Shown one piece after another: positions 1 through 14,900 of a stretch of DNA of 64,000 nt (position 1 is its first letter; every line of letters starts with the position of its first letter). The notes below the pieces were generated by a model, which was not told the DNA's origin, did no database searches, and saw only the letters and a list, made by a program, of their open reading frames with translations. The translations under genes were made by a program, and so were the position numbers. This stretch comes from Phoronis australis (lineage: Eukaryota; Animalia; Phoronida): contig NMRA01000137.1 in NCBI GenBank assembly GCA_002633005.1, positions 806,001 to 870,000 on the forward strand, read 5' to 3'.

Positions 1-3000
1 ATTCGCTAATAAATGCTACACTAACAGTGGGAACAGATGTATTTAAACAAAAGCCGTCTTATTTTTGTACAAGAGGGATCGTTGTGCTTGCCTGAGCGAT
101 GCTGAAACATAACTGATCGAAACTGACGAGGTCCAGCGTCACTTGGCCACTGAATGTCCTCTTAGATGCTGAAGTTGAAGTGAAATTGGTCGTTTCGCAA
201 GTCACGCGTGGTGCATGGATCCGATTGCACGACGTATTAATCCCCACATTAAATTAACACCATCTAAAACTAAACTTCCTTGTTCACTAATTGTTTCCAA
301 TTTCATTAAAGGGGCATTTTGTCCCCATTTAACTGTCAATTTTGAATTCCTAACTGAAGCGCTCTGGAGTTTAAAAACATTACCATGCCAAATGAGCCAG
401 CACCTCATGTCACCAGCAATGCATACAAGCACCATTTTCAAAAAAAATGAAATTAACACTTAAGCATTTTCTTGGGTCTCTGATGACTTTCATGCTCTTG
501 TTAGCAAAAGAAATAGAATTTTATCACGGTAACAAATATTACGAAACCTATTTTATGAGAATAAAAGACCTACAATTCAAGTTTTGTTCTTTTGCAGCTA
601 AACTGGGCAAAATGCAACTTCACGGATTCCATGTATGTATTTCCGTTTTTTTTACAAAATGCTGTTTTCTCAAATTATGCTTCATAATAATGAAATGAAA
701 AACATGCGTAGCAACTCAACACCACCAAATAAACATGTACGGAATCATCTTCAAACGAGGCTGCCTTGACATACGTACATTTATCAATTATAGAAACCGA
801 CAATACTACTTCTGAGCATGCTGTTGATTTTATTTCACAGTTAAACAAAGAACTTTGACAGTGTTCAATACAATGATACTAATTGATGAACTGGTCCTCC
901 CTAATACTGCTCACAAATGACAAACCTTGGGGCTGCGTCCAAAGTATAATCAGAGATACAATACAGAGATACAAAAATGAGGGATGACACAGGCAAAAAG
1001 AGCTTTCGGTCGGAACACATCACAATTAAACGTTTTGTTTTAATTTGTTTTATTTCACCAATGGTAAAACGGGAAACATGCTAATGCGAAATCACAAAAT
1101 GGCCGAGGGATTTCAGGAACTATATGCTAGACACACTTATCAACCATGAGATCAAGCTTTATGTCCACCAAAAGGATGAAAAAGTGAAATATATCTTGAT
1201 TAGTTAGGTAACACCAAACGCCATCGGTTTAATTAGGATGAGCATGAAATCACGTTGTACTGCTGACTATGACTTGTAGTTTGCTCCAGAATTTCAAATG
1301 TCCCGGGTAGATAAGCTGGCTTCTCGAGACGATATATCATGACAAAATTGCACTACAACACTATTGATATAAGACGACCGAAAGAATGCTATATCAAGTT
1401 TTTAAGATGCCAAGATTACATTTTGAGAAAGGACGGGCTTTAACAACGCAATGTCAGAAGCCTTTGAAAAATCAATGAAGATCAGATTTGATCATTATTT
1501 TTGTGCAAAATGGTTGTAATGGTCAGAAATTTTGTGTGATGTGTCACCCTATTAATAGAGGTAATTGGAAACAGATGCTGAGGTTTGGCTTCAAAATGTT
1601 GATCACCTTTTGGATGCAAGTCAAATGTTTCAATGGAACAAATTTGTAGCCAATGGCAATGAAAACAGAGACTTTTAAAAGACTGGCAGCTGTCATTGTC
1701 TCATGAACATGCGCCACTAATTAGTGTTATTTTATGATACCTGTGTGGAGTTCAAAACGGCATTTGTCATCAATCAGTTTTTTTGTCAACAATATTTTGA
1801 GCGAAAATCTACATAATGCCAATGACCGGGAACAAAGTTATTGTACATATGTAAGGACCTCAGCACTACAGACATGGTTACTATGGTGATTTACATATGG
1901 AGATAAGCTACTGCACTTAATTTCAAGTCAACAATGACAATGTAACAAAAATTACAGGTGACAAAAATATCCAAGATCATTCCTCAAAGCTTAAATTTTC
2001 TAACTTTATAGAAATGCCACATCCAAAATTATCACTGTTCATTTAAGATAGGCTGAATACTTTGCTTCAAATACCACAGCGCTCACCAAATCGAGCACTG
2101 CGGCTTCAGATTTTGTTTGGCGACCTGGGAAGTCACCAAAGCCAGTATCAGAGTAAGAAAGTAATTCCTCCAAAATTCATTTCAAATTTTGTAGTGATTC
2201 CCTAACTTTAAACTGCAAAGAGTTATCCAAGATTGAACACCTTGTGCCACTGGTATCGAACACTGACTACACTCATGCACTGCACTTGGCAGATCCCAAA
2301 CTCAAGGTGTGGGTGTTAAACGGTTCGTTCGATTTGAATTGCAAGGGTTCCAAATTACACAACAGGAACAGAGCAATGAAGCTAACAGTTACTCAGAGGT
2401 AAGTGAGTTGAAACTATATTTTGGGAGCTAAAATTTGCACATGCTCTCAAAAGGACATGTGCACTCTTAAGGAACCACATAGATTGGAGGTAGGTAGCAA
2501 GACAGTCACGGACATTTGAAATTGAAAATGACGAAACTTTGCGGACGGGCATTATGCCTAACGTGGTCGTCAACCAATGTGGCACTCTTACATTTTATCC
2601 CCTGCAGTGCAATTATTAATTGAATGAGAAATTTCAAAGCGTTTGACAAAATAACAATACGCTCATCAGCTACATTGAAAATTTGATAGGCCACTTTTTT
2701 TATTTAATATCAAGTTAAAAATTCAGCACCAAAGCAACAGAATTACTGAAAACTTGAAGAAAACACCTATGCCGACACGTCTGCCACGGGTCACCTGCCA
2801 AATGCCAGTGACTTGACACGGGTCTTGTGTGACTAATGAAATGATTATTTTCCATTCCTCGCTCAAAAGTTGTGGAAAATTTAAACGGTAAATCTCTTCA
2901 TCATTATCAATACCTCAACCCCAAAGGGTACACTAGCAAGACACACAGCACAACCTGAAGTGTCAAACTTAAAAGGATTTATCATCTTAAAAATGATCAA

Positions 3001-3367
3001 AGGGTAAACTATCAATTCTAAACTGTGAGTAACTTACTAGAGTAAACAATCTCATTTTCTAGGCCCCTGGATATTGGCTAGCATCCTGATAAACAACCCA
3101 TATCTGCATTTTATGTCCACTGCTTTACGCAGTCCACATAACATGTACTTGCGCTCTTCTCAAAAAATCATAGCATATTTGTGTTAACATGAGACTAAGT
3201 ACTAAAACTGTCACACATCACTCATGCGAAAGAATGGACAAATCTTCCTTTAAAGCTTATTTTTTCTCCCCAGGCGAGTTGGCTTTGTGACCATGTATTT
3301 AGTGGCAGTTTTTAAGAGAACTAACCTCCAAGACCCAGTCTAAGGAGAACCGTGTCATGTTATATCA

Positions 3368-4942
3368 CCGTAAACTCACGAGTGAACACCCATGTTCGGT
3401 AATCGCCCAGCCCCGACCTTTGCCAAATTTCGATGCAAGCGTCCACTGTTTGGGTAATCGCCTATCCCCCACTTTGCGCAAAAATTCCACTTCAGTGGCT
3501 ACCTCTTGGGTAAACGCCCATCTCCAACTTAACACTAACAAAATTTGAGCTTAACATGACGGCGGTTTCCCCGGTTCAGTGACTTCACCAGATGTAGAGG
3601 GTTGTGAGCATGTGATAACGTCTAGCTTCTTTGTTAACTGCCAAGCACAGTCTTTTGTCCGGTATGACAACAGGCAGGCAACTATCTACTGGGCTTATTA
3701 CAGACCACGTATGAACACAGTCAAACCCAGAGCATTAGTAAAGAATAAATTGTCGTAACTTCGGTTGCAGTTGGACGATTTTGGCGATTCAAAAACTAAA
3801 CATGATCAGCATTTGACGAAAAATGCTATTGGTTCATGTTCAAATATGTTATAACTTAACTTTTATTTTTAACAGCACAGCCCAGTCAGGCTAGATACGA
3901 TCTTTTTAGAGATTAGAGCAATTATCGAATAAAAGCGCGCTGGCCCTCCAACCCTAAATGCCAAAATGGAGTTAATCAGCCATGTAAGCTATTGGCTACA
4001 GGGGTCATCTTACCAACTTGTTGTTGCTATAGAATCGAACAAGTTGGGAGCAACGGGGAAAACGCCGTAATGAACTCATGCTTTTGTTTGTAGCTTTGCC
4101 TTAGGCTCCGACTTCAGTGTTTGTGGGAAACACTACGTGCTTATACCCAAGTGCGATAGGTTCGAAAGTTGCGTTTTTAGCCGGCATTTGTGGAATAACT
4201 TGAGCATTGCAACTACATTTTCTTAAAGTTATCGACTTGTCTTTTATTAAACTAATATCGGCCAACTCCGTAGACTTTTACAGAACTGGAACTTTTCTAC
4301 TACGAGATTTCAGTAATAATCGTGATCGGACGATGAAGTTATTCACATGTACAAGTTACTTGCACGAAGATTTATCTTCTGGGTCAACCCTGATTTCAAT
4401 TGAGCAAATAATGGCGCAACCTCTCTTGTTGCAATGGCACGCATGCAGCATGTGATTTGCTAGATTTATCTCCCGGGTCGACCTGGATTTGAATTGAGCA
4501 ATTAATAACATACCCCTCTCGTTGCAATTGCAAAGTTTGGGTCGGGCCGGGAACGAATCGTCCGGGTTTTTAATTGAGCAAACTAACTGTAGTTACATTC
4601 ATTGATCAGAAACCATACTTGCGATACGGGAAGTGGACCGCCATTTGTGTATCATAAAAATTTCATAAAGTTCTGCGGTGTGACAGTTTGCAGCACATCA
4701 ATACATTTGAAAACATCCAAGTTTTTTAAGTAACGGTCTCGCAAAATCAACCTTTCAAAGTCAAAATCTTGTTATTACTGTTTGAGCCTGAGAAACTTGT
4801 GGTTGTCAGGTTCTGCTGATTGACCAAACCTACAAATTCCGTGCCCGAATGAACACAAGTTGCCACTGTTCAGGTAATCGTCCACCCCAGTCTTAGGGTT
4901 TCCCAATTTAAGCACCCAGGACGTCAACCCGCGAGTTTACAA
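3368..4942. mobile_element. Decayed non-autonomous Tc1/pogo-type TIR element
   Basis: Left end CCGTAAACTCACGAGTGAAC versus reverse complement of right end TTGTAAACTCGCGGGTTGAC, with TA after the right end. Subterminal ggtaatcgccca-like repeats near both ends. Internal imperfect ~93-bp duplication at 4368-4590. Confidence 0.55.
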
Positions 4943-7184
4943 TATTTCCATACTTGATATGGGATCTTTCCACACACAACATTTGATCATCGTGAGAGCA
5001 CAAAAGTGTTTTTTGCTAGACCGAATTTTAGACTTTCAGGTGCAAAGTAGGTCGAGTTGTAGGGAAACAACGTAATTTCTTTCATTCACAGACATTTTGT
5101 GTGCGAGTCATATGAATAAACCACAGCACAACAATGGTACTCGCAAAGAATTTATAAGTGATCAGGCATTAAAATTTTGGCAGAAAACCCAATAATGTCC
5201 CCTTTAAATCCATAGAACAACACTAAACGTGCTCACCAACTACCATAGCGTCACAATGTCACCACTTGATCATGAAACAGCTATTGAGTTATTTTCTCAG
5301 TTATTTCTCAGAATACGTGTTGTAGGAAAACAGGAAAGTATGACATTTCCAAGGTATCGTGTATATTTACCATTTCTTAGAAACATGGTTGTAGACTATC
5401 ACACCAAAACTAATGCTAACCAAAGTTTCACCGTTCACCTAGCCATGAGTTTCCATTAAGGAACCAAGAGTTGAAGGAATATTGAAAATAGCATACTGCA
5501 CTTATTATCCCTGAATATCAACCAATCGCTTCCCTGTTATCCAGTGTGATTAATGTTTTGTTGACTGACTGAGAAAAACAACTATATGCCAGTATGAAAT
5601 CAAGATCCGAAAATTGAGTCGAGTTTCATCCGGTTATCATAACACACCGTTACAACTGGAGGGGTCAAGAAGTTCATGCCTACCAGCTTACAAAAGATAA
5701 AAGTTTCGGTTCTCAAATTTAAACAAAAATTACTTTCAACACTGCCATATTTCCGTTTTCAACACCTTAGTACATTGTTAAAAATCTTCAGAATTTTATT
5801 GTTTGTTGATGACAGTTGTATAATATAAATTGTTAAAAGCAATGAAATGAAGTATCCCTCCTGCTTATGTTTGATGAAAACTTTACTAAAATAAAACTTC
5901 ACTGTCCCACTACTGTTCCAAGTTGAAGAAACTTTGCGCACCACTGTTCCTTTAATCACCTTTCTAAGAATTCCCATTTGTGGTCAAACCTTCAAGAATG
6001 GGGTGCCCCATGGTACAATCTCACCCACTTCAGATTAAGATTGTTGCCAAAATAATATTATTTCATTCTTTAGCTTTTTACCTTGTAGCTGTGAATGCCA
6101 AAGGTTTTCCAAATTATTGCACAGTGCCACCAGAAGCAGAGAACTGGAAATAGATATTCAGAGAAAAAGACATAACTTGTTCTGGTCCGTATTTTGTTCG
6201 AAAATGATGTACTGATGTGGAATTTTCTTAAGCTGTACATTTTCCAAAAAACAAACAAAAACATAGCTCATATCAGTTAAAATGGTGCGTTTCTCCCCAA
6301 CTCAAACCAGCTTCACAAGTGCAGTGACACCATTAACTGTGCTTATGGGGGGGGGGGCGGGGGGGGCAGGGCCAAGGGCGAAATATTTATTTAAGGTAGT
6401 TCTCACATAGCCAATTTTGAATCAATTAAGGTCACTGGATGTTTTAATGATGCTTTTAAATCAAAAAGATCACGAAACTTGCTGATGCACGGGAGCACTA
6501 TGCAATGGGGGGGGCACTTTTCAAAATGAAACCGGGTGCAGGCTAGAACCAACTAAGCCTTTTTGGTCAAAAGCATTTAATTAAATGTTTAAAATTGAAA
6601 TTTCATTGGCTTGTGTTCAGAATTTGCTATTCTATTTGGGTTGCTTTTGCAAAGAAAAGCCCACTTGTACCAAGCCAGCTGACTCTAGAAGAATGAATAC
6701 CTTCATTTCATAGAACCCCTCCCCCGTCAAAAACAAATACTGACGCAAGCACCAAACTCCCACATCTGTCGTTGATCAGCACTTACTCACGTGGTTAAAC
6801 GGCAAACCTCAGATTTTCTGCCATTCAACTATTACACCCACAGCACAAATTTCCGCCCACCCGAAATTCAAATCAGAGACCACAAATCGATACGCAACCT
6901 CCACGCAAATTTCTCAAAACCTGCTAATGGATTGGAAACAGTGAATTAAGGGTTCGTTAATAGACTACATATTAGTGCGAAGTTCCGCAACTTCTGTACA
7001 AAAGTGCACATTACTCACATTAATAATATCGCACAAATATTGGTAGGATAAAGTAACCGTTTCAGCAAAAAAATGGCTACAGTGAATACTGGGCATGCAC
7101 GTAGGTAATGTATTGCCAAAATTAAAACATCACAATGTGACAGTGAAGGTGAGCATAGGTATCTAAACATAATGATAATAATAG

Positions 7185-9328
7185 CAGTGTTCTCCACAAC
7201 CACTTTTAACGTGTCGCAGCGTCCTGTTTGGCCGAGCGCGCGTCCTGTTTAAATGTCCCGAGCCCTGTTTAAAAATCCCGTGACCAGTTTAAAAATCCCG
7301 TGACTAGTTTAAAAATATAGGGACTAGTTTTTAAAAAAGGTATCGTTGTCTTTAATAAGGTCTTCACTGGTTCATATTACGCTTGACAGCAACTAGACAT
7401 AGCCCATTGAAACTGAATAAAGGCTAGGTAAGTGGTCAGTTGTGGACAGCCTATAATTACCGGTCTCACTCAAGCAAGCAGACTGGGCTGCTAGTCTATT
7501 TGTGGTGTAACGCGGCCAGCGGCGTGTATATAATCTCTCGAGCATCTTTTCAATTCATCTCCAACAATTACTAGTCAATTTAAACAAATGCCCAATGCTA
7601 CCTATAAGCCTAATCCATTACCTGCTCACTGGAGGTGCAGTCCGGCACGAAAGTCGCTGATCGTTGCGTTACACCTATTTGCTTTTTTAGTTACCTTTTT
7701 GTGTTCGGCAGACAACTGATCATATTACCCATTGAAAATAATTAAGGCTCGGTGGTTAGTTCTGCGAAGTATATGTTGTCAGTAAAGATACTGTTGCGCA
7801 GCAGTTTATGCAACGGCCGTCTTCTGGGAGGCCAGAATTTTGGTTTCCGTAGCACATTTTTCAATATTCCGTGGGCCCCACGACACAGACTTAACCGATA
7901 CCAATCTCAACAAACATTTGCATGAAAGTGCTTTTGATTGCTCTCATTGGTTGTTGTTTGTGTATATCTCACTTAGATGAATATTATTGGTTACTTTTGG
8001 TGCCACCAGCCCATTGAGATTGACCGAGTTCATCTCGTTGCCTTATAAGGAGTTTCGTTGGCAGCATGAACATTATATTTGTGGCGCATACTCCCTCTAA
8101 AAATCTGCCAAGCCGTTTGCAAACTCAACTTTGATAGTGGCTGTGCGTTTGCGGTTTCGGGGGAGAAATTGCAGCCAAAATCACGTGCTCTCATCGAAAT
8201 CAAGCGGTAATATCGCGCGTAATCTCGCTGAGTCTTGTTTACCTAGCGTGGTCCTTCCGTTACCGATTGACATGCGCATTCTGCATACCTAGAAATGTCA
8301 TCTGCCGCGCGAAAGCGAAGCACCGCTAAGTCTAAGGATTATTTAAAAAACCGAGAGATGTTTCAGATACTGACGTTGACTCAGAGGCAGATACAACAGA
8401 TAATCCAGGGCCGGATTATTGGTGGTGATATTGCAGGGCTCCGTCAATGAATTGCAAATATCCGTGTCTCGAACGGTGAACCGAATTATTGCCGACGTCA
8501 GACATCAACAATACAAGTGAATACAATTCGCTCTAACTTGAGAATAGATGGTTTTCATCTGGAAGAATGAGTTTGTGACAATCCCGAAAATTATGGGAAT
8601 TCCGTAGTTGCAAGCGTTTGATAATTCAGTTGATATCTTTTTAGAAATATTGGTCGTCATCAACAGGCCTAACACTCCCGTCCAAGTAGATGGAAAACGC
8701 ACGTGAATTGTTTTGTTTACTCTACCTAATTTGCATTCGTAAGGGAGGACTCGCATATTGTGCAGTTTTTACAAGAGTTCTGGTAGTGCAGAAGTTCAGT
8801 ATGTTGTACCAGCTTCAGAACATCGAATTCAGGCTACAAGAATGTTGTGCAAGACATTACACTTACAGACTGAGGGAAAATGTAGACTCTGCTATCAAGA
8901 CATAAAAATGTGACTGACTTTACAAAGACACTTCAATAGGAGTGTCTACTTCATAGGAAAAGTTTACTTCTATGTTAGACTTTTTGTACTTAGTTGACAT
9001 TGACATCACAATTATTGAGTAGCCTAAAACCTCCATACTGTATCAAACACGTCTGTAGACTTCCATTTCAAAGTCATTGACTAAGCAAATGGGTTATGAC
9101 ATATGTGATACGTTTTTAAATAAGTCCAACTTTTAAAAATAAAAAGTTGAATAAACATAGTAATTTGTTTGCACTACTGTGCATTACTATTAAAATGTGT
9201 GGGTAAAATTATGGTGCACAAAGAACTACACACTTAACTTATGGAGAACGTTGACCGCCGCGCGGTTCCGGCATATTGCAGTTTTTACGGGTGCGACCTG
9301 TTTAGATTTTCAGATGTGGAGAACACTG
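7185..9328. mobile_element. Non-autonomous TIR DNA transposon (hAT-like CAGTG ends)
   Basis: Perfect 14-bp TIR CAGTGTTCTCCACA at both ends. Flanks share AATAG exactly (6/8 over 8 bp). ~20-bp subterminal tandem repeats at 7220-7335. Confidence 0.75.
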
Positions 9329-9715
9329 AATAGTAATAGAAAGTTGCTATGGTTATTCTCAACCTATTTAGCCAACAATATAGCAAACAGGCGAAATTTT
9401 ATTCAATAAGATTTTTAACCAAGACATAAAGACATTTTAGTCTATCACAGCTTGACATGCACTGCTTAGATACATGTCCTAAGCTAAAATTGTTTACAGC
9501 AGGGTAATTAACCTTTGAAAACTGGAAAATGACAATTTTGGCGATTATTTTTATGCACCACAAGTACCAGTTTGAAATTACTTGGTAAAGGTAGGGCCAC
9601 TCTACCCATCTAGTTGTGACAACTTGCAACATAACCAAAACCCACAAACAAAATAGTGTTCTCTGATGATTTCAGGGATGACTCACTGTGTCAACACAAT
9701 GATAAAAGATTTAGG

Positions 9716-9816
9716 AAGAAGACAAAATGACCAGACCAATCCACATCCTTCTAAAGAAGACAAAATGACCAGACCAATCCACATCCTTCTAAAGTGCACA
9801 CACACACACACACACA
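9716..9816. repeat. Exact 38-bp tandem duplication followed by (CA)n microsatellite
   Basis: aagaagacaaaatgaccagaccaatccacatccttcta x2, then about (CA)10. Confidence 0.9.
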
Positions 9817-11824
9817 ACACATAGGGGCAAGCCAGTATAAAGAAAGCATCAGCCAACCTCTATATGGTGCATGTGCTATGCTAATTTAACTCGTTTATTT
9901 ACAAGTCTGGCTGCTAGTTGATTTAGCAGGGATCGGTTTGTTTGTATTTAGTTGAAATCTGTTCAGGATAGGTTGGTAAATAAGAAGAACACATTGGTTG
10001 CCATGGTTCAAGGTGTAATTTATTAGAACTTCTATTTGTACACGTCAGACTTTTTAGTGCAGGAGTATTTGATATGCAGCCATTGTTTATTCTTGCTTAG
10101 GTTCTCAGGGATCGGGTTAGGATAAACAAACTATAAAAGGTCAACATGACAAACAGGCAAGGCAGTGTTTAGCCAAGACATGCAAAATAATGCAGAACCA
10201 GAGTTCCATAAACAACATGGCCGCCAAGCCCTTCACTTGAAAGATTCCCATATTATTGAAAACAGGTCTTTATACGGCTCGCGATAGTCTGACAAAGCCA
10301 CGTTTCCGCATTGCAAGTTCTCAAGGAAATAATTTGCAAGAAAATGTTACTCCAATGAGTATATAAAACGGGTAAAAAGCGAAACTTTAATTTGTCAAAA
10401 ATAAAGATTAGATAAAACATCGGTCTATTATTAGTTTGATTTGTACTGTGTAGATGTTACAAAACATTCAGTAAAACTCCCATTACTTGCGATCTGCCTT
10501 TCAACACTGGAAGGCCTACAATATGACAACTGCGGCAATTAGCTTGTGGCAAAACCCCAAGAACAGATTAATCAGTTACATCTCACTAAATCTGGAAATA
10601 TGCACATTGGCTTTTGTTTTCCAACCATTTCCAAAACCATGCATTCTAAATATAGGCCAATCTGCTTATCTACATAATAAACTCAGTCAGGTAAAATCTC
10701 ACCAATTTTGGACAGAAACGATTACCCGCATTACCATTTTGATTTCTCAATGGCTTCTCAGTTCGTTATGAAAGCCCATGTTTTTTCAAAACTTTGTCTA
10801 CCGTTACTTCGGGTACACAATACGGAATACCTTCAAGTTGCTGCTACATCTGTTGTGTGGAAAATGATAAAATAAAGTTCACTTAAACAATTGTTAGCTA
10901 AAGGTAAATTTGGGGAAAATGCTATTAATTTCTAAAGTTCTGAGAACACCACATATTTTGAAGTGAATTGTATAGGTGAATTCTAATTTGTCTACCTTCG
11001 TCTGACGTGGTTGCAAAATGCGACTTAAGGCTAAGGGCGACTTGGAATTTTTACCAAGTCGCATTGGTTAGCTGCTGGAGATCGCCAAAACGAGCCCTGG
11101 CACAGTAGCAGTGCATAACTGCGAGGTCTGTGACCCAATGAAGCATAGCTTTATGGGTAAATACCGCAGAACCAGAGAGGGCGTTGTTACATTCAGGCAA
11201 GTGTCTGTTCTTGAAAATGTGATTTAGAACTTAAGAAACTCAAAACCAGAGGTGGTCGTTAGCTAGAATGCAACACCAAAAATATGCATTCCAAAAACTG
11301 AAAATGCCCAAAATGCTGGTGTGTTTTGCCAAACATATATGTTACCCCTAGCAGGTACTATATAGTGTGATGGCAACAGGTCGTCCACAATGTCCTAGCT
11401 ACCAATAAAAAATGAGGACCGGATGTGAAGTATGCTACATTTATGTACAAATACATTCAGATGCAAAATGTCGTAAATGACGCAAATACTGATTATTTTC
11501 GACATGTCACACACTGTGAACTTGTTGTTTTATCAACAATAGGGACAAACTTGCAAACAGCAACAATTATGTCTCAATTGTCACCCAATGACCTTAAACA
11601 ACCATCAGGCTTATCAACACCTTTTGGGCTGAGCCAAAAAAATGACACATCCAAAGATTTTGAATCCAAGAGATTTTCGTCTTCCCGATTACTAGAAACA
11701 GTAATTTTCTCCACGTCATTTTATCCAAAAACTAAGTAAAATAAGGTTTAAAATGAATCGGTTTACGTCGAGTCATTCCTAAATAACACTCTTTCAACAC
11801 AATGTCATATTTTTTCAACATAAA

Positions 11825-11986
11825 CAGGATTGAATCCAGGATTGAATACAGGATTGAATCCAGGATTGAATCCAGGATTGAATCCAGGATTGAATCCAGG
11901 ATTGAATACAGGATTGAATCCAGGATTGAATCCAGGATTGAATCCAGGATTGAATCCAGGATTGAATACAGGATTGAATACAGGAT
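11825..11986. repeat. 12-bp minisatellite (CAGGATTGAATM) x13.5
   Basis: Directly visible; produces the spurious RIES/SILD/NPGF ORFs. Confidence 0.97.
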
Positions 11987-14900
11987 AAAAATCACTGTAT
12001 GCTCTAAAGTGGTGAAAAAAGGGAAAATAACATAAAAATGCACGAAACTGAACTTGTTGCAAACAACGATCAGTCAGCTCTATTTCAAAGCTGTGATAAA
12101 AACCAAGATGTCCATTTAAGTCAGGAGTTATTGTACATTGAATTCTACAACGGCGATTTACGAATGGCTAATTTGAAAGCAAGATAAAATAAAATGAAGA
12201 TGAAGTGATTTACTAAACCAAGCGTACTATTATGTACATTTGAAATAATATCACACTGAGTAAACGAGCTGGCAAATCTGTCCCAAAAATACGGTCAAAT
12301 GAATTAAAACCCTCCATTGATTTGGCTATGTACAGCGAACTTCGACTACAACTAACGGGATGTTTGTTGAAACGCGACTCGACTGAATATCATTTAAATT
12401 CTTTACGGTCGCCAAGCTCTCAAATCATCATTGTTATATGGTAGCATGTTTATGAATGCGAGCAAAAGTGCCACTGTGCCAAACTATTGGTGAACGACAG
12501 AAATTATGTTTCATCAATCGACAGCATAGTCAGTCTTGTCTGATAAAACCTTCAAACTGGATTGAGCTGAAGCCATTTTCGTAATCTCCATGCACCGAAA
12601 GTGCCATGTCAAACCTTTGGCATTGTCTAAATTTATCATGATTGTAGGGAAAACAAATATCTGTGGCTCAGCAGTCGTTGTAATATGTTAATGACATTTT
12701 TTGATAAAAACTAAATATTTGTCATGGCTGAGTGTGGAGAACTCTGGAAGGTGGTGGTGAATTGACAGACATTTGCCAAACTACGACGCACAGACCAGTA
12801 GAGACCCTGGTCTTTGCTATCATGGAAAATGGAGGGAATTCATGAAATTGGACTTCTTCTACAGAATTAGAAGTTTGAAACAGAATTCACGTATTTCAAA
12901 AGTAGATTCCATTTAATTACCAAAATTATGAATAAAATCATCATCCTCAAATTCATTACTCAAGACCAATTCTGACCAGAAGTCAATCGACGATCACCTT
13001 GCAGCGGACATGTTAAAGTAGCTATGGATTCTTTCTGAAGGCAGCGCTGTCCTTTTTCCAGTTTTGAAAAACAGTCAATAACGCAGGCAGAAAGTTGTCA
13101 CTAAAAACGGAGTTGGAGCATGAACGCAACAGGAATAGAAACGCAATTCCCAGAATAACGTTACAATACATCAGTATTACATAAAAATTCAAGTTTCGAA
13201 TAGTAAACACCCTCCTTTTAAACATTCACAGCATTTTACAGTAACTGAAATCTTGTCGCTGCTGTCCCGGCGAGGTTTTCATGCTAATTACATGGCAGCA
13301 ACACAACAAGAAAGATGCTAAGATGACAAGTTCACAGCAACAAACAACCAAAGATTAAGTCATTTCAAGAAAAATGAGGTACGTGACACTTGACATACAG
13401 ATATAATGAAAACTTTTATGCAATGCTGAACAAGCCACAAAAAACAGTTGTCATAGTAACATAAAAAACACAATTCAGAAACGTATTCCTGCTATGAATA
13501 GAGCTCTTAAAACTGCAAAATTCAGTTAAAATCATGTATTTTGAGATCAAACTACAAATTTTAACACACATTATTTGATTAAAAACAATTGTTTTTCAGC
13601 GTGTCCCAAAATGGACAACAGGCCCCACAGACCAATACCTGAGCCATTTCAGTTCCTGTAGCGACCAGCTGTTACCATGTGCAACCAACAAACTGTTCTG
13701 TTGCCCTCCTGTAATGTGAACAAAAACATTGAATCAGCAACACAGACGGAAAACAATTTGGGCGATTTTTCAAACACAAACAGCAAAATCATTATCACAA
13801 TATTTTCATAGTGCAGTCTTTATGTGACATTTATAACCAAGCGTGCAGTTGTTATGAGATTTTACAAACACCACAGCAACAGCTTTGAAGATGCTCATAA
13901 AAAGAGCATTTGCTGTAAATTACAGCAAAACTTGGTCAACACATTTTGCAGCAAAACGCTTGTTTATTTATTGTGCTGATGCCCGTTTTAAACCACAGGA
14001 TGAAACTTAGCTACAGGTAACAATCAAACAGAGTGAGTCTTCAGCCACCCTGAATTTAGCCCTCTCCAATTTCAGCAGATGTTGGCAAGTGCTGAGACAT
14101 CAAATGTCTTTGCATCACACATCTAACTGCTAAAAACCTACTTTAAACAATATTTCGTAATTTTAAGTGTTTTAACTGTCTGCTGTAGTCATGAGTCTGT
14201 ACACAAATTTTTGTTTTGTGAAGTTTCAAGCGGACAATTTTGTGAAGTTTTCTTCATAACAGCAGGCTTTACTACTGCCAGAAACAAAAGATTAATAAAT
14301 CCAATTTGAAAAGGTTTGAACAGAGTGAATTCAGCTCTTTGGTTCTCTTTGCCCTTCCCACAATTCCCTGGGACAGGTAGGTCGGCAAGTCACTTTTCAT
14401 TGTCAAGGTGCTGTCATTTTTTCATACATATTTCATGTTTAAAACTGCAAGTAAATGTTTTTGGTTAAGCACATATGATGCAGTCAGTCACGCGAGGCGA
14501 AATTTTGATTTTAATTTACAGTTTATTAAGCTCAGGCGCCAATCCATGAATAACTCTTGTCTCCTAAAAATTAAATTATAACAATGCAAGTATTACTCAA
14601 CCAATCGATGACTTCACTGAAATATGGGCAAAGAGAAATTAGACAGAGACGGTCATTTAAATTTACAAGATTGCCAGTCTCCTTTAACAGCCACAACGGT
14701 GTAAATCTAAGAAAACGTGAAAATATGACTACATCCAAGGTAGAGTTCATTCCTGAATCCACCTTTGCAGGACATTAAATCCAAAATGTGACCCACAATT
14801 ATTGGCACAATTGAGTCTAGTGGGTGCATAAACATATTCCTCAATTATCATTTATTGGCAACAGTACTGAGACTAAATGACCAGACATTTTCTTAAAGGG

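Noticed and set aside
6345-6380. G-run with G-quadruplex potential (also 25530-25576)
   Set aside because: Poly-G tracts are common within this genome's MITEs, and nothing points to a function.
2077-11100. cagcgctc... / ...gagccctg as ends of one large hAT element
   Set aside because: The TIR match is short and the flanks share no TSD.
11732-12062. Repetitive ORFs (RIES/SILD/NPGF)n and a CRISPR-like appearance
   Set aside because: Translations of a 12-bp minisatellite; no spacers, no cas genes, eukaryotic context.
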